From a virus, in UHGV virus genome UHGV-0069434: DNA of 13,657 bases; one strand, 5' to 3'. Of the stretch, positions 1-6,175 are shown one piece after another. A program made the position numbers and the translations under genes. The notes beneath the pieces were generated by a model, which saw only the letters and a list, made by a program, of their open reading frames with translations, was not told the origin of the DNA and searched no databases. The stretch's first letter is position 1. Each line of letters starts with the position of its first letter.

Positions 1-126
1 TTTTAGTTTAGTGGGGTCTTTGCGTGTTGCCTGTAGGCGGCCTGTTCGTATCCAGTTGGTAGCGGTAGGTCTGGATATCTTGAGAAACTGACAGGCCTCA
101 TCGAGTGTGAGGCTGTATGGCTCCAT
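1..126 (-). CDS. Excisionase/AlpA-family HTH DNA-binding protein, partial (start codon in window, 3' end beyond position 1)
   Basis: Reverse-complement translation from ATG at 126..124 gives MEPYSLTLDEACQFLKISRPTATNWIRTGRLQATRKDPTKLK, a typical excisionase-type helix-turn-helix. Start overlaps the stop of the upstream gene (TAATG). Not in the ORF track because it is truncated. Confidence 0.5.
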   Translation of the reverse strand, partial: MEPYSLTLDEACQFLKISRPTATNWIRTGRLQATRKDPTKLK

Positions 127-431
127 TATTTCACCTCTTGCTGTGTCATTGTTGAAAAATGGATACCAGCTCGTTGCTGCCAGACGATCCAACCGAGAGT
201 CATATCCCATGCCATGTATTCGTTATCGCCGTTTTTTGCTCTCCGACGATCTACTAAGTCACCGAAACGCTTTTCCATGAATAATTCATAGGCTTCGCGT
301 TCATCTGGCTCTACTTCCAGAGATACGAGTGCGATTTCATAAGCACGGCGCTCAATATCGTCTCGAACCTCTAGGCTGCTGATTCGTTCTTTGATTTCTT
401 TAATCAGTTCTTTATTGGTAAATGTGGTCAT
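126..431 (-). CDS. yfdT: Hypothetical phage early protein, 101 aa (YfdT-like by size and position)
   Basis: ORF track; ATG start overlaps the stop of the upstream gene by 1 nt (TAATG). No recognisable motif; symbol assigned only from the match of length and gene order to the CPS-53 yfdPQRST cluster, recalled from memory. Confidence 0.55.
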   Translation of the reverse strand: MTTFTNKELIKEIKERISSLEVRDDIERRAYEIALVSLEVEPDEREAYELFMEKRFGDLVDRRRAKNGDNEYMAWDMTLGWIVWQQRAGIHFSTMTQQEVK

Positions 432-793
432 TATGCTCCAGCCTCCGGTGCTTTTGGCATTACTGCCCAGTGAGTGATATTGACGTTTTCAAGGTCCCCG
501 ACCTGAAATGTCCACTGCCATTCTCCGGTTTCTTTTTGTCCCCAGGTGTACCAGAGAGAACGCCAGCCAATCAGCCAGCCTTCTCCATTAGCATCAAATA
601 ACAGAACACTTTCATTTGCTGGTGGCAGTTCAGCTGACACTGGTATTATTTTGTTTTCCAGTGCCGCACATTTAGCTTCAAGCGCGTCGAATTTACGTAC
701 CAGGTACTCAGCATTTGTTTCGTTCACTTTCAGATCTCGCGGTACACATTTCCCGCGAAGAAACCCTTCCATTTCGAAAACATTCATGCGCAT
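431..793 (-). CDS. yfdS: DUF551-like phage protein, 120 aa (YfdS-like)
   Basis: ORF track; C-terminus ITHWAVMPKAPE resembles the THW-x-PLP-x-PP signature I recall for DUF551. An alternative start at the second Met (787) would give an ATGA overlap with the upstream gene stop. Length and order match CPS-53 yfdS. Confidence 0.55.
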   Translation of the reverse strand: MRMNVFEMEGFLRGKCVPRDLKVNETNAEYLVRKFDALEAKCAALENKIIPVSAELPPANESVLLFDANGEGWLIGWRSLWYTWGQKETGEWQWTFQVGDLENVNITHWAVMPKAPEAGA

Positions 794-1320
794 TTGCGTA
801 ACTCCGATAAATCGTTAAAACGTTCCATAAACATCCCGTAGGCATGACCCGGTGCCAGTGGAATCACGTTGAACATCTCTGTTGCCGGGATGCCTTCCAG
901 TACAGGCCAGAAAGAGCCATCATCAAGCCCGAGATCGCGGCGTTCGGTTGCCAGCATGATGAGATCGGCATATTTCACGGGTGTACTCATAACTGGGGGT
1001 AACCCGTATTTCTCACGGATTACGGCGTCTATTTTTTCTTCCATCCGTTTATAGTCAGGAAGAAGGCGTTTCAGTGGTGCGGGAATGTCCTGGCAATACG
1101 CTTCTGTTGCATCATGCATTAACGCTTCAAAAGCAAATTCCTGCGGCACCAGCTGGCTGCAAAGAACCGCATGTTGGGCGACGCTGTAGAAGTGCGAAAG
1201 ATGACCGGCAAAGCGACAGATATTTGAAAGGGAAACCGCGATATCGTTAATATCGATGTCGTCTTTATTTATCTTGTCATAATAAAAATGCTTCCCGGAA
1301 AAAGTTTTAATAAATGACAT
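784..1320 (-). CDS. yfdR: HD-domain phosphohydrolase, 178 aa (YfdR-like 5'-deoxynucleotidase family)
   Basis: HD-domain motifs in translation: SVAQHAVL (His), ALMHDATEAY (His-Asp), KYADLIMLATERRDL (Asp). Track ORF starts at GTG 1347; I prefer ATG at 1320 (MSFIKTF...), preceded by GGAG about 7 nt upstream, giving 178 aa, the length I recall for E. coli YfdR. Confidence 0.7.
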   Translation of the reverse strand: MSFIKTFSGKHFYYDKINKDDIDINDIAVSLSNICRFAGHLSHFYSVAQHAVLCSQLVPQEFAFEALMHDATEAYCQDIPAPLKRLLPDYKRMEEKIDAVIREKYGLPPVMSTPVKYADLIMLATERRDLGLDDGSFWPVLEGIPATEMFNVIPLAPGHAYGMFMERFNDLSELRKCA

Positions 1321-1413
1321 TTTGTTCTCCACGTATATGCACTGCACCGCGCTGAATTCTGGTAAAAGGAAGCCCTCACCATCCGGTGATTATTGAGTTA
1401 ATTACGTTTCCAT

Positions 1414-1435
1414 AAATGCCCCCGCAGGGGCATTT
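1414..1435. terminator. Perfect 9-bp-stem hairpin (AAATGCCCC-cgca-GGGGCATTT) between yfdQ-like stop and yfdR-like start; possible intra-operon terminator/attenuator
   Basis: Palindrome read directly from sequence. GC-rich core with a short A/T flank and no long U-tract, so terminator strength is uncertain. Confidence 0.3.
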
Positions 1436-1447
1436 GCAGTAATGAAA

Positions 1448-2272
1448 TCAGGCGGTGAAAGTACCAATAAAGGTTTCTACTTTGCTGTCTTTGAATTTCT
1501 CAACAAGCAGATCACGAAATTCGTTAGCCATTTCTTCCTGCACCGCTTCCAGCTGAATAATGCGCAGAACCAGTACAGGACGATCGCCAGTGATAATGCT
1601 GAGGCGTAATTTAAACGGACGTTCTTTCAGACCTTCAAACGGAACGCATTTAAATTCAAATGTCACTGGCATAATGTCTTTGGTCTTCGCTTCGACAGAC
1701 TCCATCAGGGAGCGTTTGCCGCTGAAGTCATTATCTTCAAAATCAGCGGTCTGGTTCGCTTCAATTGTGATTTTACGGATCGCCGCAGCCGCTTTGGTTG
1801 CCTGAATGGCGTCACCATTAGCATCAAAGCCCACAAGATAGTCGGCCCAGTCTTCAATCCATTCTGCCAGTGACTTCTGGGAGTTACGCTCGCCGTTAAC
1901 AGACAACAGGGCAGAGAACGGTGCTGTCTTTTTCAGTTTGAGAGTGGCGGTGTTATCTGCGTGACCTGGTTCATCAATAGTACCCAGGTTAAGCACACTG
2001 ACGGCTCGCATATTATCGGCATCGATAAAGCAGCGGGTGCCTTCATCTGCAAGATCTTTAGAATAACGGGTAAAGTCATCGATGCTGGCAGTGGAAAGCG
2101 CACCACGGAAACGGAAGCGATTTAAATTAAATTTTTCCAGATCATGAATGCGGAAATTCTCAGGCAATGCCACAGCATCGGCACCAATCTTACTGATAAT
2201 TTCATTAACACCCTGAGCAGAAATAAGGGCATGGATTTGATTAATTGCGGTTGCGTCTAAGTTCTGAGACAT
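1448..2272 (-). CDS. yfdQ: DUF2303-like phage protein, 274 aa (YfdQ-like)
   Basis: ORF track; ATG at 2272 preceded by GAGGA about 6 nt upstream. Length and position match CPS-53 YfdQ (274 aa, from memory). No catalytic motif recognised. Confidence 0.65.
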   Translation of the reverse strand: MSQNLDATAINQIHALISAQGVNEIISKIGADAVALPENFRIHDLEKFNLNRFRFRGALSTASIDDFTRYSKDLADEGTRCFIDADNMRAVSVLNLGTIDEPGHADNTATLKLKKTAPFSALLSVNGERNSQKSLAEWIEDWADYLVGFDANGDAIQATKAAAAIRKITIEANQTADFEDNDFSGKRSLMESVEAKTKDIMPVTFEFKCVPFEGLKERPFKLRLSIITGDRPVLVLRIIQLEAVQEEMANEFRDLLVEKFKDSKVETFIGTFTA

Positions 2273-2337
2273 AATAAGTCCTCACTATATAAAGATATTC
2301 AGTGATGAGATAAATAATCAGTTTATTAAGAACGATA

Positions 2338-2700
2338 TTAATGACCTGCTGCGCGTAGTTTTCCGTCAGGTTCACCGGCAAGAGTCAGTAATTGTCCCTG
2401 GTCTTCCTGCAGAATAGTCAGGCGACCACCGCGATTGACATACATCGGCGTTTCGGTGGTGTCTTCTTCGGAAATTTTCCCGCGGTTAGTTGGGCGAACA
2501 TATGAGAGTTTGTGTTTGATTTTCACACGGTTCTCATCAAACGGTTCGATTTCCAGGTTGAGCGAGACCTTACCTTTGGTTTTCGTGTTCATCACACCGG
2601 AAGCGACTTCACTGAGAACTGCGCCGAGTTTGGTTTCAAATACGCCGCCGTCCAGCTCCCCGATAAATGCCTGCACATCAGTACTGCGTTCGCTAGCCAT
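2338..2700 (-). CDS. yfdP: Hypothetical phage early protein, 120 aa (YfdP-like); first gene of the leftward early operon
   Basis: Track ORF 2338..2931 (197 aa) has a long N-terminal extension. Internal ATG at 2700 (MASERSTDVQ...) is preceded by AGGAG 7-8 nt upstream and gives exactly 120 aa, matching CPS-53 YfdP length from memory. The upstream extension runs through a structured inverted-repeat region. Confidence 0.55.
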   Translation of the reverse strand: MASERSTDVQAFIGELDGGVFETKLGAVLSEVASGVMNTKTKGKVSLNLEIEPFDENRVKIKHKLSYVRPTNRGKISEEDTTETPMYVNRGGRLTILQEDQGQLLTLAGEPDGKLRAAGH

Positions 2701-2748
2701 TTTGCTGCTCCTCATCATATCGACCCTGCAAGGTCGGTTGGTTTCTCC

Positions 2749-2837
2749 ACAAAACAGAGAAGAACACCTGCGGTGACTGCCGCCCGGATGGATTGGGTTA
2801 TGAGCCCGTCGTCCGGTGATTCTCTTCTCTGTTTTGT
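2749..2837. repeat. Perfect 15-bp inverted repeat (ACAAAACAGAGAAGA at 2749..2763; TCTTCTCTGTTTTGT at 2823..2837) separated by 59 bp, in the leader upstream of the yfdP-like gene
   Basis: Read directly from the sequence; the arms are exact reverse complements. The spacer contains further short inverted repeats (CCGG-rich). Confidence 0.6.
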
Positions 2838-3308
2838 AAAAAGAGCGGTACCAGCCGGAAGCAAGGGTACAAACTGGTACCGCCAAAGCAGTGGCTGTTG
2901 TGGTGGGGTTGTCACTCAGGCGTATGGTCAACCTGACAATCCGGTGCCCTCAACGGGGAAAGAGTAACCCCGCCATACTTACCGCCGCGCCATTTCGCGG
3001 ATTACCACAACGCTGAGAGCACTTAGCCAGTTACGGCACCACACTTTGTCGCGGCTCCATAAATGCCCTCATCGTTGCACCCTGGTCTCTTCCCAGGCGT
3101 CAAACCGAATCGCCACGCTGGTTAGGCGTCTTATCAGCATCATCATTGACTTGCACATTCCGGCTACCTGGTTTGTTTGCCCGAGCAAGGAGTGGATTGT
3201 CCCCTTTAACGTCCCCAGACCGCTAACGACGCATGTGCCATACGCCGTGTTACAACCAAATTTTGTTAGTACCTTGTTTGTTTGTCTGGAAAGAAAGATA
3301 AAATGAAG

Positions 3309-3323
3309 TTGCGCATTATGCAA
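3309..3323. promoter_or_regulatory. Operator site OL-a: TTGCgcattatGCAA (TTGC-N7-GCAA palindrome)
   Basis: 15-bp site with palindromic ends read directly; the same architecture recurs at 3333..3347 and 4092..4106, flanking the repressor gene on both sides. Confidence 0.5.
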
Positions 3324-3332
3324 GTGTTTTTG

Positions 3333-3347
3333 TTGCGAGATATGCAA
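3333..3347. promoter_or_regulatory. Operator site OL-b: TTGCgagatatGCAA
   Basis: Second copy of the TTGC-N7-GCAA motif, 9 bp from OL-a. Confidence 0.5.
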
Positions 3348-3361
3348 TTTAAAGGGTAATG

Positions 3362-3383
3362 AAAAGCCACCTTTGGGTGGCTA
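3362..3383 (-). terminator. Intrinsic terminator downstream of the cI-like repressor gene
   Basis: Minus-strand transcript: AGCCACC-caaa-GGTGGCT hairpin (7-bp GC-rich stem) followed by TTTTCATT, about 20 nt after the repressor stop codon (3403..3405). Confidence 0.5.
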
Positions 3384-3402
3384 ATTGATGAGGAGGTAAG
3401 GG

Positions 3403-4071
3403 TTAATTGTGTCGCTTAAGGGTTTGTGACCGTCTGATTAAGACCTTTCCAAAGACCATAAACCGGTGTTCATTTTCGCTGGTAATTCCCCATTCACGGT
3501 AAATCTGGTTATCAGAAATCACCAGTAGTTTGTCAGGTATCATTTGCAGTCGTTTGACATAAATTTTATCATCAAAACCAAATACATAGATACCATCTCC
3601 ATCAAACTGATTGATACTGACATCAACGAAGATGAGATCTCCTGGCTCAATGGTTGGACACATACTGTCCCCACGAACGTTGATAACTTTAATGTGATTG
3701 GCTGGCCGTCCGCCAAACATCGATACAGCATTATCAGTTCTGTATTCAATGGCATGAATCACATCAATGACATCACCGCCCTGGATAAGGCCATTTCCCG
3801 CACTGGCACTGACATCCAGCATTTCAATACGGAATACATCCTTCACCTGCGCAACATCCTCACTAATACTGTTTTTACATACAGTATTACTTTTGACGTC
3901 TGAGGTAAAGAGATCAGCAATATCAACACCTAAGCTCCTGGCAATATTACTCAGGGCTTGTTCAGTGAATTGTTTCTGCTTACCTGTTTCCAGTCCTATT
4001 GCTTCAGCGAGATCGGCGATTTTCATGTTCTTCGCCTGGCGAAGTTGTCTGACTCGGTTTCCTATGTTCAT
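3403..4071 (-). CDS. cI-like prophage repressor, 222 aa: N-terminal XRE-type HTH plus C-terminal S24 (LexA-like) autopeptidase domain
   Basis: N-terminus NRVRQLRQAKNMKIADLAEAIGLETG is a typical HTH; C-terminus has the S24 motif VRGDSMCPTIEPGDLIFVD and a candidate Ala-Gly cleavage site (SASAGNG). Divergent from a cro-like gene, with operators on both sides. Confidence 0.85.
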   Translation of the reverse strand: MNIGNRVRQLRQAKNMKIADLAEAIGLETGKQKQFTEQALSNIARSLGVDIADLFTSDVKSNTVCKNSISEDVAQVKDVFRIEMLDVSASAGNGLIQGGDVIDVIHAIEYRTDNAVSMFGGRPANHIKVINVRGDSMCPTIEPGDLIFVDVSINQFDGDGIYVFGFDDKIYVKRLQMIPDKLLVISDNQIYREWGITSENEHRFMVFGKVLIRRSQTLKRHN

Positions 4072-4168
4072 GCGTTTATTACATTTCTTTATTGCGCGTT
4101 AAGCAAATCAACTTGCGCAAAATATTTGCGTGAAATAATATGCTCATCACGCAATATGTGGAGGTCAT
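4072..4168. promoter_or_regulatory. OR region with divergent promoters (pR-like rightward for cro; pRM-like leftward for the repressor)
   Basis: Perfect operator TTGCgcgttaaGCAA at 4092..4106; palindromic TTGCGCAA at 4113..4120; weaker ATGCtcatcacGCAA at 4140..4154. Rightward: -35 TTGCGC (4113..4118), 17 nt, -10 TAATAT (4136..4141), then GGAGG before cro ATG 4169. Leftward: -35 TTGCTT (rc of 4101..4106), 17 nt, -10 TGTAAT (rc of 4078..4083), which places the start at or next to the repressor ATG (leaderless, as for lambda pRM). Confidence 0.5.
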
Positions 4169-4429
4169 ATGCAATCACCATTACGGAATATGCGTAAGGC
4201 GCACGGATTTACTTTGCAGCATGTTGCTGCTGGCGTTCAGGTCAATCCAGCGACGCTGAGTCGTATTGAAAGACTGGAACAAATTCCATCTATCGATCTT
4301 GCAGAACGTCTGGCCAATTTTTTTAAGGGTGAAATCAGCGAAATGCAGATTCTTTATCCGGCACGTTTTCAATCTAGCCAAAACCAGAATGGGTTTAAAC
4401 CACAGGAACAGGAGGTAAGCCGTGGGTAA
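4169..4429 (+). CDS. Cro-like HTH (XRE family) regulator, 86 aa
   Basis: ORF track; HTH signature GFTLQHVAAGVQVNPATLSRIERLEQIPS; divergent from the repressor; GGAGG 4 nt upstream of ATG. Confidence 0.75.
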   Translation: MQSPLRNMRKAHGFTLQHVAAGVQVNPATLSRIERLEQIPSIDLAERLANFFKGEISEMQILYPARFQSSQNQNGFKPQEQEVSRG

Positions 4430-4973
4430 TCATCACTGGAAAGTGGAAAAACAGCCTGAGTGGTACGTGAAAGCTGTCAGAAAAACTATCGCGGCGTTGC
4501 CGGGGGGTTACGCTGAAGCTGCTGAGTGGCTGGATGTAACAGAGAACGCATTATTTAACCGCCTTCGTGCCGATGGCGATCAGATTTTCCCGCTGGGATG
4601 GGCAATGATTTTACAACGTGCTGGTGGCACTCACTTCATTGCCGACGCTGTGGCGCAGTCTGCAAATGGCGTCTTTGTGTCTCTTCCTGACGTCGAGGAT
4701 GTGGACAACGCCGATATTAACCAGCGCCTGCTGGAAGTCATTGAACAGATTGGCAGTTATTCCAGACAGATTCGTTCGGCAATCGAAGACGGTGTGGTGG
4801 AACCGCATGAGAAGACAGCAATTAACGACGAGCTGTATCTCTCAATTTCGAAGCTGCAGGAGCATGCAGCACTGGTCTACAAAATCTTCTGCGCTCCAGA
4901 AAAGAGTAACGCCCGCGAGTGTGCAGCTCCGGGCGCCGTGGCGTGTCGTGACTGTGGAGAAACTAACGCATGA
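4422..4973 (+). CDS. CII-like early regulatory protein, 183 aa
   Basis: GTG start with GGAGG about 7 nt upstream; overlaps cro stop. Region [36 protein letters not shown] resembles the HTH and following helix of lambda CII as I recall it; position immediately after cro fits. Confidence 0.55.
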   Translation: MGNHHWKVEKQPEWYVKAVRKTIAALPGGYAEAAEWLDVTENALFNRLRADGDQIFPLGWAMILQRAGGTHFIADAVAQSANGVFVSLPDVEDVDNADINQRLLEVIEQIGSYSRQIRSAIEDGVVEPHEKTAINDELYLSISKLQEHAALVYKIFCAPEKSNARECAAPGAVACRDCGETNA

Positions 4974-5308
4974 ACAGTTTAACAACACACTACCGTCGCT
5001 CGCAACTGATTGCGCTTCCTGTACCGGGTGGAAAAGCGAAGGTGGAGTATTGCTATGCAGTAAATGTACCAGGTGACAGGGAAATTGTAACCCACAGCTT
5101 TGCTGAGTGGGCTGTGGGAGATTTCAACCGGCAGAAGGAGACAGTCCTTTGCGACAAGTTAACCGCTGGTTCAAAGATCACTACGGAGTGCCCGTCAGAG
5201 TCATTCGTTGGGAGCCGGAAACACAACGAGTTATCTACCTCCGCGAAGGCTATGAGCATGAGTGCTTCAGCCCGCTCGAACAGTTTCGTCGTAAATTCAG
5301 GGAAATAG
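4970..5308 (+). CDS. Hypothetical protein, 112 aa in track; the N-terminal roughly 60 aa look protein-like, the C-terminal half is Ser-rich low complexity
   Basis: ATG overlaps the preceding stop (ATGA). The compositional change after about residue 60 coincides with the start of a better-looking ORF in another frame (5149..5328). Confidence 0.4.
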   Translation: MNSLTTHYRRSQLIALPVPGGKAKVEYCYAVNVPGDREIVTHSFAEWAVGDFNRQKETVLCDKLTAGSKITTECPSESFVGSRKHNELSTSAKAMSMSASARSNSFVVNSGK

Positions 5309-5328
5309 AGGTCGGTCATGAGCACTAA
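5149..5328 (+). CDS. Small protein, about 59 aa, alternative frame ([58 protein letters not shown])
   Basis: TTG at 5149 is preceded by AAGGAG (5135..5140) at 8-nt spacing. The translation has balanced, protein-like composition. Track lists the frame from GTG 5107, which lacks an SD. Stop overlaps the replication gene start by 11 nt. Confidence 0.4.
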   Translation: MRQVNRWFKDHYGVPVRVIRWEPETQRVIYLREGYEHECFSPLEQFRRKFREIEVGHEH

Positions 5329-6175
5329 ATTAACCGGCTATGTATGGGATGGTTGCGCTGCGTCAGGCATGAAATTATCCAGCGTGGCAATTATGGCCCG
5401 CCTGGCTGATTTCAGTAATGACGAAGGTGTGTGCTGGCCATCAATTGAAACTATTGCCCGTCAGATTGGCGCGGGGATGAGTACCGTCAGAACGGCTATC
5501 GCACGGCTGGAAGCAGAAGGCTGGTTAACGCGTAAGGCGCGTCGCCAGGGTAACCGCAATGCGTCGAATGTTTATCAGCTTAACGTTGCGAAGCTTCAGG
5601 CAGCGGCATTTTCTCAACTGTCAGATTCTGACCCGTCAAAATCTGACGCATCAAAATCTGACACGTCAAAATTTGATGTGTCGAAATCTGGCAAAAAAGC
5701 GGGTTTTCACCCGTCAGAATCTGGCGGGGATCCGTCAGTAAAATCAAAACAAGATCCACAAGTAACTTCAAAACCCTCTTGTCCGGTTGCGGCGCAACCC
5801 GACCCTGAAGTTGTGATTACCGACCAGGCAATTTTGGTTCTGACCCATTTGAACCAGATCAGCGGATCCCGGTATCAGAAATCAAAAACATCCCTGGAGA
5901 ACATCCGCGCCCGACTGCGTGAGGGATACAGCGTTGCAGACCTGCAACTCGTTATCGACCTGAAGCATGAGCACTGGCACGAGAACGACGAGCAGTACCA
6001 GTACATGCGGCCGGAAACGCTGTTTGGCCCGAAGAAATTCGAGAGCTATCTGCAAAGCGCTACCCGCTGGGATCAGAAGGGACGGCCTAAACGCGCTGAC
6101 TGGGGTGCGAAAAAGCGCGATGTGATGGCTTTTGGTCCGGTTGATACAACGATTCCAGAGGGGTTCAGAGGATGA
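5318..6175 (+). CDS. Phage replication initiator / replisome organiser (lambda O-like role), 285 aa
   Basis: N-terminal HTH-like region (VAIMARLADFSNDEGVCWPSIETIARQIGAGMSTVRTAIARLEAEGWL). C-terminal region (LTHLNQISGSRYQKSKTSLENIRARLREGY...HEHWHENDEQYQYMRPETLFGPKKFESYLQSA) resembles the conserved phage replication-protein C-terminal domain. Tandem iterons lie inside the gene. Confidence 0.7.
   Translation: MSTKLTGYVWDGCAASGMKLSSVAIMARLADFSNDEGVCWPSIETIARQIGAGMSTVRTAIARLEAEGWLTRKARRQGNRNASNVYQLNVAKLQAAAFSQLSDSDPSKSDASKSDTSKFDVSKSGKKAGFHPSESGGDPSVKSKQDPQVTSKPSCPVAAQPDPEVVITDQAILVLTHLNQISGSRYQKSKTSLENIRARLREGYSVADLQLVIDLKHEHWHENDEQYQYMRPETLFGPKKFESYLQSATRWDQKGRPKRADWGAKKRDVMAFGPVDTTIPEGFRG
5621..5726. 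repeat. Tandem 15-bp iteron-like direct repeats (core GTCAAAATCTGAC), putative phage origin of replication inside the initiator gene
   Basis: Read directly: CCGTCAAAATCTGAC (5633..5647), GCATCAAAATCTGAC (5648..5662), ACGTCAAAATTTGAT (5663..5677), GTGTCGAAATCTGGC (5678..5692), plus partial copies at 5621..5632 and 5711..5725. Each core has internal dyad symmetry (GTCA...TGAC). The repeats encode SKSD-type peptide repeats and generate the repetitive ORF artefacts at 5559..5771. Confidence 0.55.

Larger units (their letters stand above)
3288..3350 (-). promoter_or_regulatory. Putative leftward early promoter (pL-like) overlapping the OL operators
   Basis: On the minus strand: -35 TTGCAT (3323..3318), 17-nt spacer, -10 TATCTT (3300..3295). 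A second TTGCAT (3347..3342) and a CATAAT lie upstream. The promoter assignment is inference from position and sigma-70 consensus resemblance. Confidence 0.35.

Noticed and set aside
2715-2915. 66-aa minus-strand ORF inside the leader
   Set aside because: Overlaps the structured inverted-repeat region, has no SD and low-complexity composition.
2701-2931. N-terminal 77 codons of the track ORF 2338..2931 (197 aa)
   Set aside because: The extension runs through the inverted-repeat region, has Pro/Thr/Arg-rich odd composition and no SD, while the internal ATG at 2700 has a strong AGGAG and gives the 120 aa expected for a YfdP-like protein.
3046-3306. 86-aa plus-strand ORF in the pL leader region
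   Set aside because: No promoter or RBS support, antisense to the expected leftward transcript, implausible composition.
3069-3347. 92-aa minus-strand ORF (possible N-like antiterminator?)
   Set aside because: Its start lies inside the OL operator and promoter region, upstream of the predicted transcription start; it has no Arg-rich RNA-binding motif and a Cys/hydrophobic-rich composition unlike N proteins.
3540-4102. ORFs 3540..3755 (-), 3544..3903 (+) and 3767..4102 (+) overlapping the repressor gene
   Set aside because: Alternative-frame or antisense ORFs inside a well-supported CDS; low-complexity translations.
5559-5771. Small ORFs 5559..5741 (+) and 5580..5771 (-) with QNLT-type peptide repeats
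   Set aside because: Artefacts of the tandem 15-bp iterons read in wrong frames or on the wrong strand; they fall inside the replication initiator CDS.
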